Source: an uncultured cyanobacterium
GTDB lineage: Bacteria > Cyanobacteriota > Cyanobacteriia > Cyanobacteriales > Microcystaceae
DNA length: 20,828 bases
Direction: 5' to 3'
Assembly (NCBI GenBank): GCA_963807635.1
Contig: CAWEDJ010000047.1
Coordinates: 1-20,828, forward strand
The notes under the pieces are model-generated. The model saw only the letters and a list, made by a program, of their open reading frames with translations. It had not been told where the DNA came from and did no database searches. Below are positions 9,117 through 18,655 of this stretch, in pieces. The position numbers and the translations under genes are program-made. Positions within the stretch are counted from its first letter, which is position 1. Every line of letters begins with the position of its first letter.

Positions 9117-9356
9117 ATGACAACTACAATTGAAACTGACCTCAAAGAAGTATTAGGAGAAATTAAATCTCAGCTAAACGAAATCCAACGGGATGTAACC
9201 ACTTTTAAAGTCGATATGGCAACAGTCAAGGCTGACCTCAGCACCGTTAAAGCAGATATCAAAGAACTTAAAATTTCCCAAAGCTCTCAGATTTGGGTTT
9301 TAATTGCGGCTATTGTCGGAGCCATTATTAAATTTGGTTTTTTCCCCAATCCCTAA
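9117..9356 (+). CDS. Small coiled-coil protein with C-terminal membrane anchor, paralogue 2 (79 aa)
   Basis: AAAGGAG RBS; MTTTIETDLKE...SQIWVLIAAIVGAIIKFGFFPNP. Confidence 0.9.
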   Translation: MTTTIETDLKEVLGEIKSQLNEIQRDVTTFKVDMATVKADLSTVKADIKELKISQSSQIWVLIAAIVGAIIKFGFFPNP

Positions 9357-9491
9357 AACCGCGATCGCTAATTAAATTCTAAGTTTTGAGTTTTAATCAA
9401 GAATGGTAAAAAATTAGATTATTCTACTGGTGTGGCAATTTTAAAATTGTTATGGCATAATTTTAGATAATGATTTGGCGAGAAATTAATT

Positions 9492-10442
9492 ATGACGACA
9501 ACCCGAACCTATAAATTAGAAATACATATTGATAGTCAACAAATTACAAAAGAATCTTTAGAGAAAAAAGCTAATCATGTTTTACAAAAATATATCGAAA
9601 AAAACTCAATTAGCCTAGAAATTAATACTCCAAATTCCAGTTTTCATCAATTAATTATTAATGGTGATATTGAATCGGTTGATCAATGTCACAATAAAAT
9701 TCAACAGAAAATTATTAACGAAGAAAATTTAATGTTTTATCACTATATTGATGAAGCTGGTGATGAAATTAGATATAAAGCTTATCCTATTTTGGCTTAT
9801 ATTGAGCAACGTCTTCGTGTTTTTGTTAATGAATCTCTAGTTGAGATTTTAGGTTTTGCTTGGTGGGAAAAATATGCGCCTCAAGATATGGCTAAAACAG
9901 TGAATCCACTTCATTCAAAATACAAGGATGATTATATTGCTCCCTCCGTTTTGGAATGCACATTTTTTGATCATTTAATTGAGCTTGTTACTGCTGAGGT
10001 TTCTGAATTTCCGTCTAATAAACCTATTACTAGTGATGAATTCTCTAGTATGTTAGGAAGTTGTCAAACAATTGACGAATTCAAGTCTGTGTGGAATGAA
10101 AAAACAAGAATTATTTCTTTTTGGGATATATTCTCCAGGTATTTTGAAGACAAGCAGACGTGGGATAATTTACAAAGAGATCTAAAGGGTTTTGTTGTTG
10201 ATATAAGAAATAATGTGATGCACCATCGTCCCATTGGTTTCTTTGTAATTAAAAAATTAGACGAAATAAAAGAAGAACTAATTAAAGTATTTGATTCTGC
10301 TAAACCTGAACTCACAGAAGAAGAAAGAATTGAAGCCAAGCAAGAGATTCAAGAAATAGTGTATCATGGGTTTCTTACGGGCTATGCTAAAAAAGCAACC
10401 GATTGGTTAACAGATCAAGAAAAAAAGTTTCAAGAGTTTTAA
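9492..10442 (+). CDS. Swt1-like HEPN domain protein (putative RNase), array cargo 2
   Basis: YPILAYIEQRLRVFV...WW...LECTFFDHLIEL...FSRYF pattern and the R-x4-H motif RNNVMH. Very AT-rich, no HIP1. Confidence 0.7.
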   Translation: MTTTRTYKLEIHIDSQQITKESLEKKANHVLQKYIEKNSISLEINTPNSSFHQLIINGDIESVDQCHNKIQQKIINEENLMFYHYIDEAGDEIRYKAYPILAYIEQRLRVFVNESLVEILGFAWWEKYAPQDMAKTVNPLHSKYKDDYIAPSVLECTFFDHLIELVTAEVSEFPSNKPITSDEFSSMLGSCQTIDEFKSVWNEKTRIISFWDIFSRYFEDKQTWDNLQRDLKGFVVDIRNNVMHHRPIGFFVIKKLDEIKEELIKVFDSAKPELTEEERIEAKQEIQEIVYHGFLTGYAKKATDWLTDQEKKFQEF

Positions 10443-10709
10443 TGATATAATTTAACGATATAAATCAACTTGATTAGTTATCAATCGAAAATTAGTAAAA
10501 ATATAATCTACAGAAAGCTCTTTTTTAAACAACAATAATCTTAATTGCTAAACTTATTCCTTAAAGAATTTATTGAAGCATATAATAAATTTCACAATAT
10601 CAACATCTATATTATTATTCAGTGACAAAATTCGTAAAAAATTCGCGATCGCATCCTAAATCCCTATAAATTAACCTAAAAACAGAAAGACCAAAGGAAT
10701 AATTAAGTC

Positions 10710-11003
10710 ATGGCAACTACGATTGAAACTGACCTCAAAGAAGTATTAGGAGATATCCAAAAAGAACTCAGGGAAATTCGAGGCGACTTAAACGATCTCA
10801 AAGTTTCCCAAGCTCAAATTAAAGGAGAATTAGCAGCTTTTCAGGCTGAAATTAAAGGAGATCTAAACACGCTTAAGGTGGAAGTCTCTCTGATCAAAGA
10901 AGATGTCAAAGACTTAAAAGGAAGCCAACGATCGCAGATTTGGGTTTTAATTGTGGCTATTGTCGGAGCCATTATTAAATTTGGTTTCTTCCCCAATCCC
11001 TAA
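10710..11003 (+). CDS. Small coiled-coil protein with C-terminal membrane anchor, paralogue 3 (97 aa)
   Basis: AAAGGA RBS; MATTIETDLKE...GSQRSQIWVLIVAIVGAIIKFGFFPNP. Confidence 0.9.
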   Translation: MATTIETDLKEVLGDIQKELREIRGDLNDLKVSQAQIKGELAAFQAEIKGDLNTLKVEVSLIKEDVKDLKGSQRSQIWVLIVAIVGAIIKFGFFPNP

Positions 11004-11020
11004 AACCGCGATCGCACTTG

Positions 11021-12404
11021 CTATTTTATGTCGGCATTCGGTAAACGAGTTCCAATCGGTTTCGCAGGAATCATCGGTTTAGTCAGGTGAGAACTACTCT
11101 TTTTTAACACCGATACCGCTTGGAGATATTGGGGATCAAGTTCCGTCCCCACAAGAGAAGGATCATTGCGGAGTTGTAATTGTTGATCAATAGATAAATC
11201 TAGATAGACATCAGGATTAATGCCCTTGTGATTGATATCCGTCCCGCTAGGGGGATAATAACGCGCGATCGTTACCGCTAATCCTGAACCATCAGAAAGA
11301 GAATGAACGGATTGAACAGTTCCTTTACCGTAGGTGGTTGTCCCTACAATCGTTGCTCGTCCATTTTCCTTTAAGGCTCCTGTTAAAATTTCACTAGCAC
11401 TAGCAGAACCGTTATCGACGAGAATTACGAGGGGTAAATTGGTGATATCTGTTCCATTTGCTGAAAAATGGCGATCACCGCCCCTGCGGTCAATGGTACT
11501 CACAATTTCCCCTTTTTTGAGCCACATCCGTGCAATATCAACACTGGCAAACAATAGGCCCCCAGGATTGCCCCGTAAATCGAGAACATAACCCGAAATT
11601 TTCTTTTTGTTTAGATCTTCTATGGCCACTTTCATTTGCTCGGCGGCATGGGAACTAAATTCATCCAAACGGATATAACCGACCCGAAGATCATCATTTT
11701 CTTTGAGGTCATAGGTTACAGAATCTAACTCAATTTGTACCCGTTTCAAGGTGACATCAAAGATTCCCTTATTGGGACGAGACAACTGGAGGCTCACCTC
11801 CGTTCCGATGGTTCCTTGAATCTCTTGACTGGCCTGCTCCAGACTCATTAGGGCCGTGGGTTTGCCATTAATTCTGACAATGCGATCGCCGATCTGGATA
11901 CCCGCCTTCATAGCAGGAGAATTTTTAATCGGTTCTACGACATACAGATCACTGGTGCGCTTATCCAACGTCATCCGCAGACCAATACCCGACACTTCCC
12001 CAGAGGTTTGGTTCGTCAAATTCTGAAAATCATCGGGAGGCAAAAAACGAGTATAGGGATCGCCCAAGGTCTTGAGAGCTTTCACCACTTCCTTGTAAGC
12101 TTGTTGCGGACTACTGTAATTTTTCTCTAACAACTCCTGTCGCTTGGCTAGCCAATCTACATGATTAAAGCCCTTATCGACAAATTCATTATTAATTAAC
12201 TGCCAAACCTCATCGACAACTTTTTTGGGACTATCTTCTAGGCTATTATCAGAAGGTTTTGTTCGTTCAGCCTTGGGTGTTTGAGCAGGAAGGGATTGGG
12301 AACTAAAGGCAGGGGCGGCAAGCGTTTCCAGCACTGAGAGAGATTAGGGCGACTTGGGCAAATAACCTAGAAAGTGATCGGGGGAAACGGGGGGATGGTG
12401 TCAT
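11021..12404 (-). CDS. ctpB: Carboxyl-terminal processing protease (S41A, PDZ); apparent 2-nt loss in the (GA)n run at ~12336-12343
   Basis: DPYTRF, PDZ domain, LDLRGNPGG, SASASE, TYGKG, and CtpB-type YIRLDEFSSH and IDRRGGDRHFSANG. ATG 12404 gives the signal-peptide-like MTPSPRFPRSLSRLFAQVALISL, out of frame with the body. Confidence 0.9.
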
Positions 12405-12550
12405 GGCAGTTTAAGAAAAAACGGAGTAAGTGGATGGAAAGAGTGATTTAGGGGGTTAAATTGAGGGGTGAGACGTAAGAGAGAATGTTGAACTTTAACG
12501 TAAGGCGTTGCTAGGTCTTTTTCAAGCGTTCCTAATTTAGAGGCTTATTA

Positions 12551-13014
12551 CTAATGTAATTCGGCTTTCAGAAAATCGTGTAAAATTCTTTGATGAATTT
12601 CACCCAATGGACGGTTTTCCTCTGCCTTGATTGAATAAATTTCTCCTTGAAGAATCTCCTCTGCTGAGATGAGGGCAAAATCCCAACCTTCCTGAAGTGT
12701 TAGTTGATCAAGGGAAACGGTTAGGGGAGCGTGAAAAACGTGACGAATAGCCCGCTCATCTTCATAAAAGCCAAAGGGATCAAATGTTTTAAGTTCGTAG
12801 GCGATTTCTTCCCAAACTTCCCGTTTAACGGCTTCTTCAGGATTTTCTCCTATTTCGATGTGTCCTCCAAATAATCCCCAATAACCAGGGAGAGTATGTT
12901 AGGAATATTATCTCGAAGTTGCAATAGGAACTGATTCTCTCGATACAAAATCGCTAGGGCAACTGACGGTGGTTCGTTATTTTTGGAGGCGTTTATGGGG
13001 GAGGAATTGGTCAT
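12551..13014 (-). CDS. NUDIX hydrolase, absent from the ORF track; apparent 1-nt deletion at ~12890
   Basis: Manual translation: VALAILYRENQFLLQLRDNIPNIL / PGYWGLFGGHIEIGENPEEAVKREVWEEI ... LQEGWDFAL ... HQRILHDFLKAELH*. ATG at 13014 (or 13020) overlaps the end of the upstream gene. Confidence 0.88.
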
Positions 13015-13777
13015 CGACATTGATTTTAGTAGGAGTTTTGGGTTTCGTTGGGGTAGTTTGGCTGGGAGAGGGAACCACTGGGTTGATGACCTTATTTTGC
13101 TCAGGCTTGTTCTTGGAGGGAGAGGAAGGAGAGGGGCTGGGGACGGCGATCGGCTGGCTCGAAGGAGTCGGCTTCGGGGTTTCAGCTTGAACAGGCGGGG
13201 TGACGACGGGATCTTTAACTGGACGGGGACTCGTTTCGACGGTTGGACTGGCGGGGATCGGGTTTGGGGGTGGAGTCTCGGCTTGGATCGGGAGTAGTAA
13301 TGGGGGCTTGGAGATGGTCGGGGGGCGATCGCTGGGAAGTGTAACGTCCTTGGTGGGGGGAGTTGATACAGGCGGTTGATCGGTAGAACCCATAGAAGAT
13401 TGGGGTTCTTGACTTAATTCTAAGAGGTAGGATTCGCCTAATTGCTGTTTTCCGACAAAAATCGCCTCATATTGTAATTCTCCCTTGACAATAAGGGAAG
13501 ACCCTTTGGGGGGAAGGGGTTTATCGGTTCTGACCCAGACTGCCCCCGTTGCATCCTGAAGTTGGTAAGCTCCTCCCTCTAAAAAGGGCGCGACATTCAC
13601 GACGATTCCCTTGAGGGTTATATTGCTCTGATTGGAGATTTTCCCTAGTTCCGCGATCGCGGTATATTCCCCAGACGCTAATCCCAAGGGATTTAAAGGA
13701 CTACAGCTAATTATCAAACCGCTAATCAAAAACGGTATGGCTTTTTTACGCCAGTGGTAAATCTTGAAAAATGTCAT
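12977..13777 (-). CDS. Putative lipoprotein with OB-fold-like domain and Pro/Thr/Ser-rich tail
   Basis: Signal-like N-terminus ending IISC; LKGIVVNVAPFL...YQLQDATGAVWV OB-fold pattern; low-complexity Pro-rich C-terminal half. Confidence 0.8.
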   Translation of the reverse strand: MTFFKIYHWRKKAIPFLISGLIISCSPLNPLGLASGEYTAIAELGKISNQSNITLKGIVVNVAPFLEGGAYQLQDATGAVWVRTDKPLPPKGSSLIVKGELQYEAIFVGKQQLGESYLLELSQEPQSSMGSTDQPPVSTPPTKDVTLPSDRPPTISKPPLLLPIQAETPPPNPIPASPTVETSPRPVKDPVVTPPVQAETPKPTPSSQPIAVPSPSPSSPSKNKPEQNKVINPVVPSPSQTTPTKPKTPTKINVDDQFLPHKRLQK

Positions 13778-13908
13778 ACTTCAGCAAAAAAAATCACCCT
13801 AACTAAGTTATCTTAACCATAGCTTGTCAATAAAATCCCTTCATTTCCTGAAATTTAATTTTTATTTTCATTTTCAAACCCTATTGTTTTAGTTTTCTCT
13901 GATTCACC

Positions 13909-14791
13909 ATGTCTATTCACCAATCTGGTCAAATTTTAGACGGCAAGGCCCTCGCACAAAAAATCCAGCAAGCTTTAAAAACAGAAATTCAAACCCTCGA
14001 ACCGCAAATAGGGCGATCGCCTGGTCTTAGCGGTTTTGATGGTAGGGGATAATCCTGCCAGTGCGGTTTATGTGCGTAACAAAGAAAAAGCCTGTGAAAA
14101 AATTGGAATGCGCTCCTTCGGCAAACATTTTCCTGCCCTAACCTCTCAGGAAGAATTAACTGCCGTTATTCAGGAGTTAAACGCCGATCCCAACGTTGAC
14201 GGTATTTTAGTTCAATTGCCTTTGCCTAAACATCTGGATTCTGTTGCCTTATTACATACCATTGCCCCCGAAAAAGATGCCGATGGATTGCATCCCGTCA
14301 ATTTAGGTCATTTAGTCAGAGGAGAAACGGGTTTACGCAGTTGCACTCCTGCGGGTGTGATGGCCTTACTAGCAGAATATAATATTGACGTTGCAGGAAA
14401 AAACGCGATCGTCATTGGGCGCAGTATTTTGGTCGGTAAACCTTTGGCTTTAATGTTATTGGAAAAAAATGCCACTGTCACCATCGCTCATTCCCGCACC
14501 CAAAATTTAGCAGAACTCACCCGTCAAGCAGATATTGTGGTCGGCGCAGTGGGTCAACCTGAAATGATTACCGCCGAGATGGTCAAACCTGGCGCGATAG
14601 TAATTGATGTGGGTATTAATCGGGTGATAGATGGGTCAGGAAAGGCTCGTTTAGTAGGAGATGTGGATTTTGCTGGGGTTGCGCCGATTTCTAGCTATAT
14701 TACCCCTGTTCCTGGTGGCATTGGCCCAATGACGATCGCGATCCTATTGCAAAATACGGTCTTAAGTTATAAGTCCCATTTACCTGCTTAA
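13909..14791 (+). CDS. folD: Bifunctional methylenetetrahydrofolate dehydrogenase/cyclohydrolase; apparent 1-nt insertion at ~14024-14027
   Basis: [12 protein letters not shown]-terminus from ATG 13909, then [42 protein letters not shown] and [11 protein letters not shown]. Confidence 0.96.
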
Positions 14792-14793
14792 TA

Positions 14794-15225
14794 GTGTATT
14801 TAGGAAAAATTTTGGCTTTTTTTTCTTCCCTTGACCCCAATCTTCGTTCTCCTTTAGCGATCGCCTTGGGAGCGATTCCTGGTGCCTTGAGTCGCTATTA
14901 TCTCACCATCTTTTTTGCCCGTTTATGGGGAGAAGATTTTCCCTATGGAACTTTTATTATCAATATCACAGGCTCTCTCTTGATGGGATTTTTAGTTACC
15001 CTTGCCCTGGAGCGATCGCTGATTTCTCCTGATCTAAGATTATGCTTGGCCGTCGGTTTTTTGGGTTCCTATACGACCTTTTCAACCTATGCCCTCGACA
15101 CGACCATTATGTTGAAAACCCATCAGCAACCAATGGCTTTATTATATGGATTAGGCAGTACGATATTAGGAGTTTTAGGGATAGAAATTGGCAGTTTTTT
15201 AGCCCGAAGATTGCCCCAATTATGA
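14794..15225 (+). CDS. crcB: Fluoride efflux channel CrcB/FluC
   Basis: [23 protein letters not shown] and [12 protein letters not shown] motifs. Confidence 0.95.
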   Translation: MYLGKILAFFSSLDPNLRSPLAIALGAIPGALSRYYLTIFFARLWGEDFPYGTFIINITGSLLMGFLVTLALERSLISPDLRLCLAVGFLGSYTTFSTYALDTTIMLKTHQQPMALLYGLGSTILGVLGIEIGSFLARRLPQL

Positions 15226-16124
15226 TTCCCATTGTTTATCATCCCCACTACGTCGCACCATTGCCCCAGGGTCATCGTTTCCCGATGGTGAAGTTCCAAA
15301 AACTCTATGAATTATTACTAAAAGACGGCATTCTCACCCCAGAAAATCTTTATCAACCCGAAATTCCCGATCAATCCCTGCTTGAGCTAGTTCATACCCC
15401 TGATTACATCGAAAATTACTGTCAGGGAACCCTAGACACTAAAGTGCAACGTCGTATCGGTTTACCCTGGAGTCCCGAATTAGTGCGGCGGACTTGTACT
15501 GCGGTGGGGGGAACCATTTTAACAGCAAAACTAGCTTTGGAATACGGGATTGCCTGTAATACGGCGGGGGGAACTCACCATGCTTTTCCTGATTTTGGAT
15601 CGGGTTTTTGTATTTTTAATGATTTGGCGATCGCGGCTAGGGTTTTACAAAAATGGGGACTGGTTAAACAAGTTTTAATTGTGGATTTGGATGTGCATCA
15701 GGGGGATGGAACGGCTTTTATTTTTCAAAATGATCCCAAGGTTTTTACCTTTTCTATGCACTGCGAGATTAATTTTCCCAGTCGTAAACAAACAAGTGAT
15801 CTAGATGTTCCTCTTCCTGAAGGTTTGGATAATGACGGTTATCTACAAATTTTGGCGAATTATTTACCCGATTTACTGAGCCAGGTGAAACCCGATTTGG
15901 TGCTTTACGATGCAGGAGTGGATACTCATGTCGGCGATCGTTTAGGTAAATTAGCTCTGACGGATGAGGGGCTTTATCGGCGGGAACGGCAAGTTTTAAG
16001 TACCTGTCGGGCGGGGGGCTATCCCGTTGCCTGTGTCATTGGGGGAGGATATGCAGAAGAGATGGAAAGTTTGGTTTATCGTCATTCTTTGTTGCATCGA
16101 GCGGCTAGGGATGTATATTTTTGA
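15222..16124 (+). CDS. Histone deacetylase family protein
   Basis: [33 protein letters not shown] and GGGY motifs. The likely start MIPIVYH overlaps the crcB stop (ATGA). Confidence 0.95.
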   Translation: MIPIVYHPHYVAPLPQGHRFPMVKFQKLYELLLKDGILTPENLYQPEIPDQSLLELVHTPDYIENYCQGTLDTKVQRRIGLPWSPELVRRTCTAVGGTILTAKLALEYGIACNTAGGTHHAFPDFGSGFCIFNDLAIAARVLQKWGLVKQVLIVDLDVHQGDGTAFIFQNDPKVFTFSMHCEINFPSRKQTSDLDVPLPEGLDNDGYLQILANYLPDLLSQVKPDLVLYDAGVDTHVGDRLGKLALTDEGLYRRERQVLSTCRAGGYPVACVIGGGYAEEMESLVYRHSLLHRAARDVYF

Positions 16125-16235
16125 TTTACAACGGGTAAGCCGATAATGCTAAATAAATTAGGCGATCGCGTTATTCAGCTTGAAGATTTTCCAAGTTGAG
16201 AAATTTAACTGGATCTTTATCGTCTTTTTGCCTAT

Positions 16236-17120
16236 CTAATTTTCCTGACCTAACGCGGTCATTAAGGCTTTTTGACTAGCCGTTTGATAAATTTGTTGGA
16301 GAGATTGTTTAACTTCTTGGGCTTCCTCGTAGGGCAAAGGCAAGGTTCCCAAGAGTTCTAAAATGTCTTTTTGATTGGTCGGTGGTGCAATAACAACTAA
16401 GGAAGAATCTAGCGGTTCATCATACTGCCAAAATCTTTCAATTTGAGTTAATATTTCGTCTTTTGATGGTTTTGATTTTTTGTTCGTTTTAGTTGAGTGA
16501 TTTGTTTCTTCTAAAAAAATTGAGTCGGACGCGATCGCCGAACTTTCCTCTACAATTTTTGGGGTTTCTTCGAGGGAAATGGATGGTTTCTGACTGCGGA
16601 GTTGACGAAGTTCCGCTAAAATTTGGGATTTGGTACGACCGCGTAATTGAAAAATGACAAAGGGATCTTCACTAAAGCGATCGGCTAATTGATAATAAAT
16701 CGCTCCAATGTGTTTACAGGGATTAGCCTTATCAGGACAACTGCAATGAGAACGAATATCAGACAAATTAAAAGGAAATAAATTCAAACCATTTTTAATA
16801 AAGACTTTTTCGATACTTTCAGGCATTTGTCCCGCCAAAAGTTGAGCTGAATAAATCGCTTTTTCGGCTAAAGTTGTAACCACATAATGCCAATCTTCAT
16901 CGTTAAAAGGATCAAGCTTTAAGGAAACTTGATAAGGTTCTACTTCACTGCCCTGGACGGTGGCTAAAACTTGGGCATTCTCAAATTCAATACTTAGAAC
17001 ATGACCTTCTCTGGCATAGCTTCTGGCCCTTTCTAAACGTTTCTTAAACCGATAGGAATCTAATAATTCTAACCAACGTTCTACCCACCATTGTCGATTC
17101 TCAACCTGATAGTTTGTCAT
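16236..17120 (-). CDS. SWIM zinc-finger domain protein
   Basis: RLERARSYAREG, VQGS and CSCPDKANPCKH motifs. Confidence 0.92.
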   Translation of the reverse strand: MTNYQVENRQWWVERWLELLDSYRFKKRLERARSYAREGHVLSIEFENAQVLATVQGSEVEPYQVSLKLDPFNDEDWHYVVTTLAEKAIYSAQLLAGQMPESIEKVFIKNGLNLFPFNLSDIRSHCSCPDKANPCKHIGAIYYQLADRFSEDPFVIFQLRGRTKSQILAELRQLRSQKPSISLEETPKIVEESSAIASDSIFLEETNHSTKTNKKSKPSKDEILTQIERFWQYDEPLDSSLVVIAPPTNQKDILELLGTLPLPYEEAQEVKQSLQQIYQTASQKALMTALGQEN

Positions 17121-17145
17121 AATCCGTTATTAGAAAAAATACACT

Positions 17146-17612
17146 TTAATTATTGTCTCTATTTCCTGCAAATTCATCAAAGGGCGATCGCTGTTTGGGG
17201 TCAACGGGCCAATCTTCATTTTCGCCGCCGATAATTAAGAGTCTAATGGGGACAAATTCTTTATCCAACTGGGTCAGGGCATTAATGAGAATATCGATCG
17301 CAATCAAATCACTCGTCCCCAAATCAAACCAACAGCGCCCCAAACGCCTTCGTACTGAAAATCTGCCATATTGTGCATCGGAGCCATCATCACTTCGGTA
17401 GCGAGGGAACTGTCATAGTTCATATAACTAATATCAATCCCCACATCCTGCACCTGAAGATTTTCGGCGTTAAAAGCACTTAATTTGCCGAGATAAAACC
17501 AAGAATCAAAGACTTCTTCAATATATTGTTGCTCCATTGGCGAAGGTACGGATTCAAACTCTAGCCATATCCAGAGATCAAAAGCATTAAATTCTCGAAA
17601 TTGAACTTCCAT
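17146..17612 (-). CDS. DUF3531 family protein; apparent 1-nt deletion at ~17338-17341
   Basis: MEVQFREFNAFDLWIWLEF...FNAENLQ...MHNM / WGRCWFDLGTSD...LINAL...IGGENEDW across two ORFs. Confidence 0.85.
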
Positions 17613-17790
17613 AAATTAAATGACTGGGCTAAAGCTTAAGTTTAATACGCAAGGGGCAATGCTGGCTGAATAACGGCTCTATGGATTTATGGTTTAGGAA
17701 ATTGCTGTCAAAAAACTGATCTCGTTGATGTCTTCCTTTGGGTAGGGGTAATGGATGAACAATTCTGATAGGGATGCCTTAGTCGTGTGT

Positions 17791-18531
17791 CTATTTTTCC
17801 AGAAGCATTTCGGTTTTATCAGCTATATTTTCAAAAAAGAGATAAAAAAGCTGATCTGGGTCGGAATGGGAGTGATGAGAGCCAGCAGAGATGAGATAAC
17901 AACTGGTGTATTGGATTGTATCTCTATTGGTAGGTTTTTTCATGGCTTTAAAGACCATAACTTTATTTTTTGAGTTACTGATTTTTTCTAAAATTGTATC
18001 AAGTTTGATGAATTCAGGACAGACTTTTCTGATATCTTCTTCAATTCTAATTTGGTCGGAATAATCACAATCGTTGAGCAGTTCTGAGGAGATATATTTA
18101 ATTTTAAAATTTTTATTAATAACTAGATATTTTTTGATTTGGACAAGTTCTAGGGGCGTTTTTGGAATGATGTCTAGGGAGGAAAAGGAAAAGTCTGTTA
18201 GGGGGTGGTAGCCGTTATTGGGGTTAAATAAGGGGTTTAGTCGATAGCCGATGCCGTAGAGATTTTCGATAATGGTGATGGAGTTGTCAATTTTTTTAAA
18301 GGCTTTTCTAATTTCTTTAATATGGGATCTGATATTACTTTCGGTGGGGGTATGGTCAATGTCCCAAAGTTCGTTAATGATTTTTTCGTAGTCGAAGATT
18401 TGATCGGGATATTTTAGAAATAATACGAGTAGTTGATATTCTTTTTGATGGAGACTAACCTGTTTTCCGCCATAGGTCACAATTTGGGATTCAAGATCGT
18501 CTGAGAGTTTGTGATAGGTGATTGTCTGCAT
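17791..18531 (-). CDS. OmpR/PhoB-type winged-helix DNA-binding protein without receiver domain; C-terminal possible PAS-like domain
   Basis: LHQKEYQLLVLFLKYPDQIF...LW...NIRSHIKEIRK...IENLYGIGYRL at the N-terminus. The C-terminal YLVINKNFKIKYIS resembles a PAS start (tentative). Confidence 0.8.
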   Translation of the reverse strand: MQTITYHKLSDDLESQIVTYGGKQVSLHQKEYQLLVLFLKYPDQIFDYEKIINELWDIDHTPTESNIRSHIKEIRKAFKKIDNSITIIENLYGIGYRLNPLFNPNNGYHPLTDFSFSSLDIIPKTPLELVQIKKYLVINKNFKIKYISSELLNDCDYSDQIRIEEDIRKVCPEFIKLDTILEKISNSKNKVMVFKAMKKPTNRDTIQYTSCYLISAGSHHSHSDPDQLFYLFFENIADKTEMLLEK

Positions 18532-18655
18532 GGTTAAGGGTGGGACATAAATTAAGCTTTTTAATTCTTTTTGCCATAACTAGATGGAACCTTGAGGGAG
18601 AAAACTCAGGTTCACATCTGTTTAGTCGGACACCCCCTAAATGGTTGCATTTGTC

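Larger units (their letters stand above)
8208..11015 (+). repeat. Array of HIP1-bounded paralogous gene units interspersed with unrelated cargo genes
   Basis: HIP1/HIP1-like sites at 8208, 8953, 9054, 9361, 10645 and 11008. A related leader precedes the three full paralogues. The 3' tail KFGFF(P/S)NP* occurs four times. Confidence 0.85.

Noticed and set aside
10443..10644. Possible continuation of the HEPN gene or an extra small gene in the AT-rich spacer
   Set aside because: Early stops follow the HEPN end and I found no convincing ORF, RBS or structure.
8208..11015. CRISPR array, classical integron or diversity-generating retroelement as the explanation for the repeats
   Set aside because: The repeats are protein-coding and irregularly spaced. 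There is no cas, intI or reverse transcriptase gene and no evident attC hairpin. Differences between copies are mostly third-position changes, not adenine-specific.
8264..13297. ORFs 8264-8500, 10064-10339, 11334-11591, 12969-13190 and 12983-13297
   Set aside because: Antisense shadows of real genes, favoured by repetitive or Pro-rich coding sequence.
15042..15221. 60-aa N-terminal extension of the HDAC ORF in the track
   Set aside because: It lies inside crcB. The family-like sequence starts at ATG 15222 with a typical ATGA overlap.
5179..17612. Genuine pseudogenisation or programmed frameshifting in gpsA, fbp, folD, ctpB, NUDIX and DUF3531
   Set aside because: One indel each, no in-frame stops or decay, core metabolic genes affected, and the indels sit at error-prone motifs. 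Sequencing error is more parsimonious.
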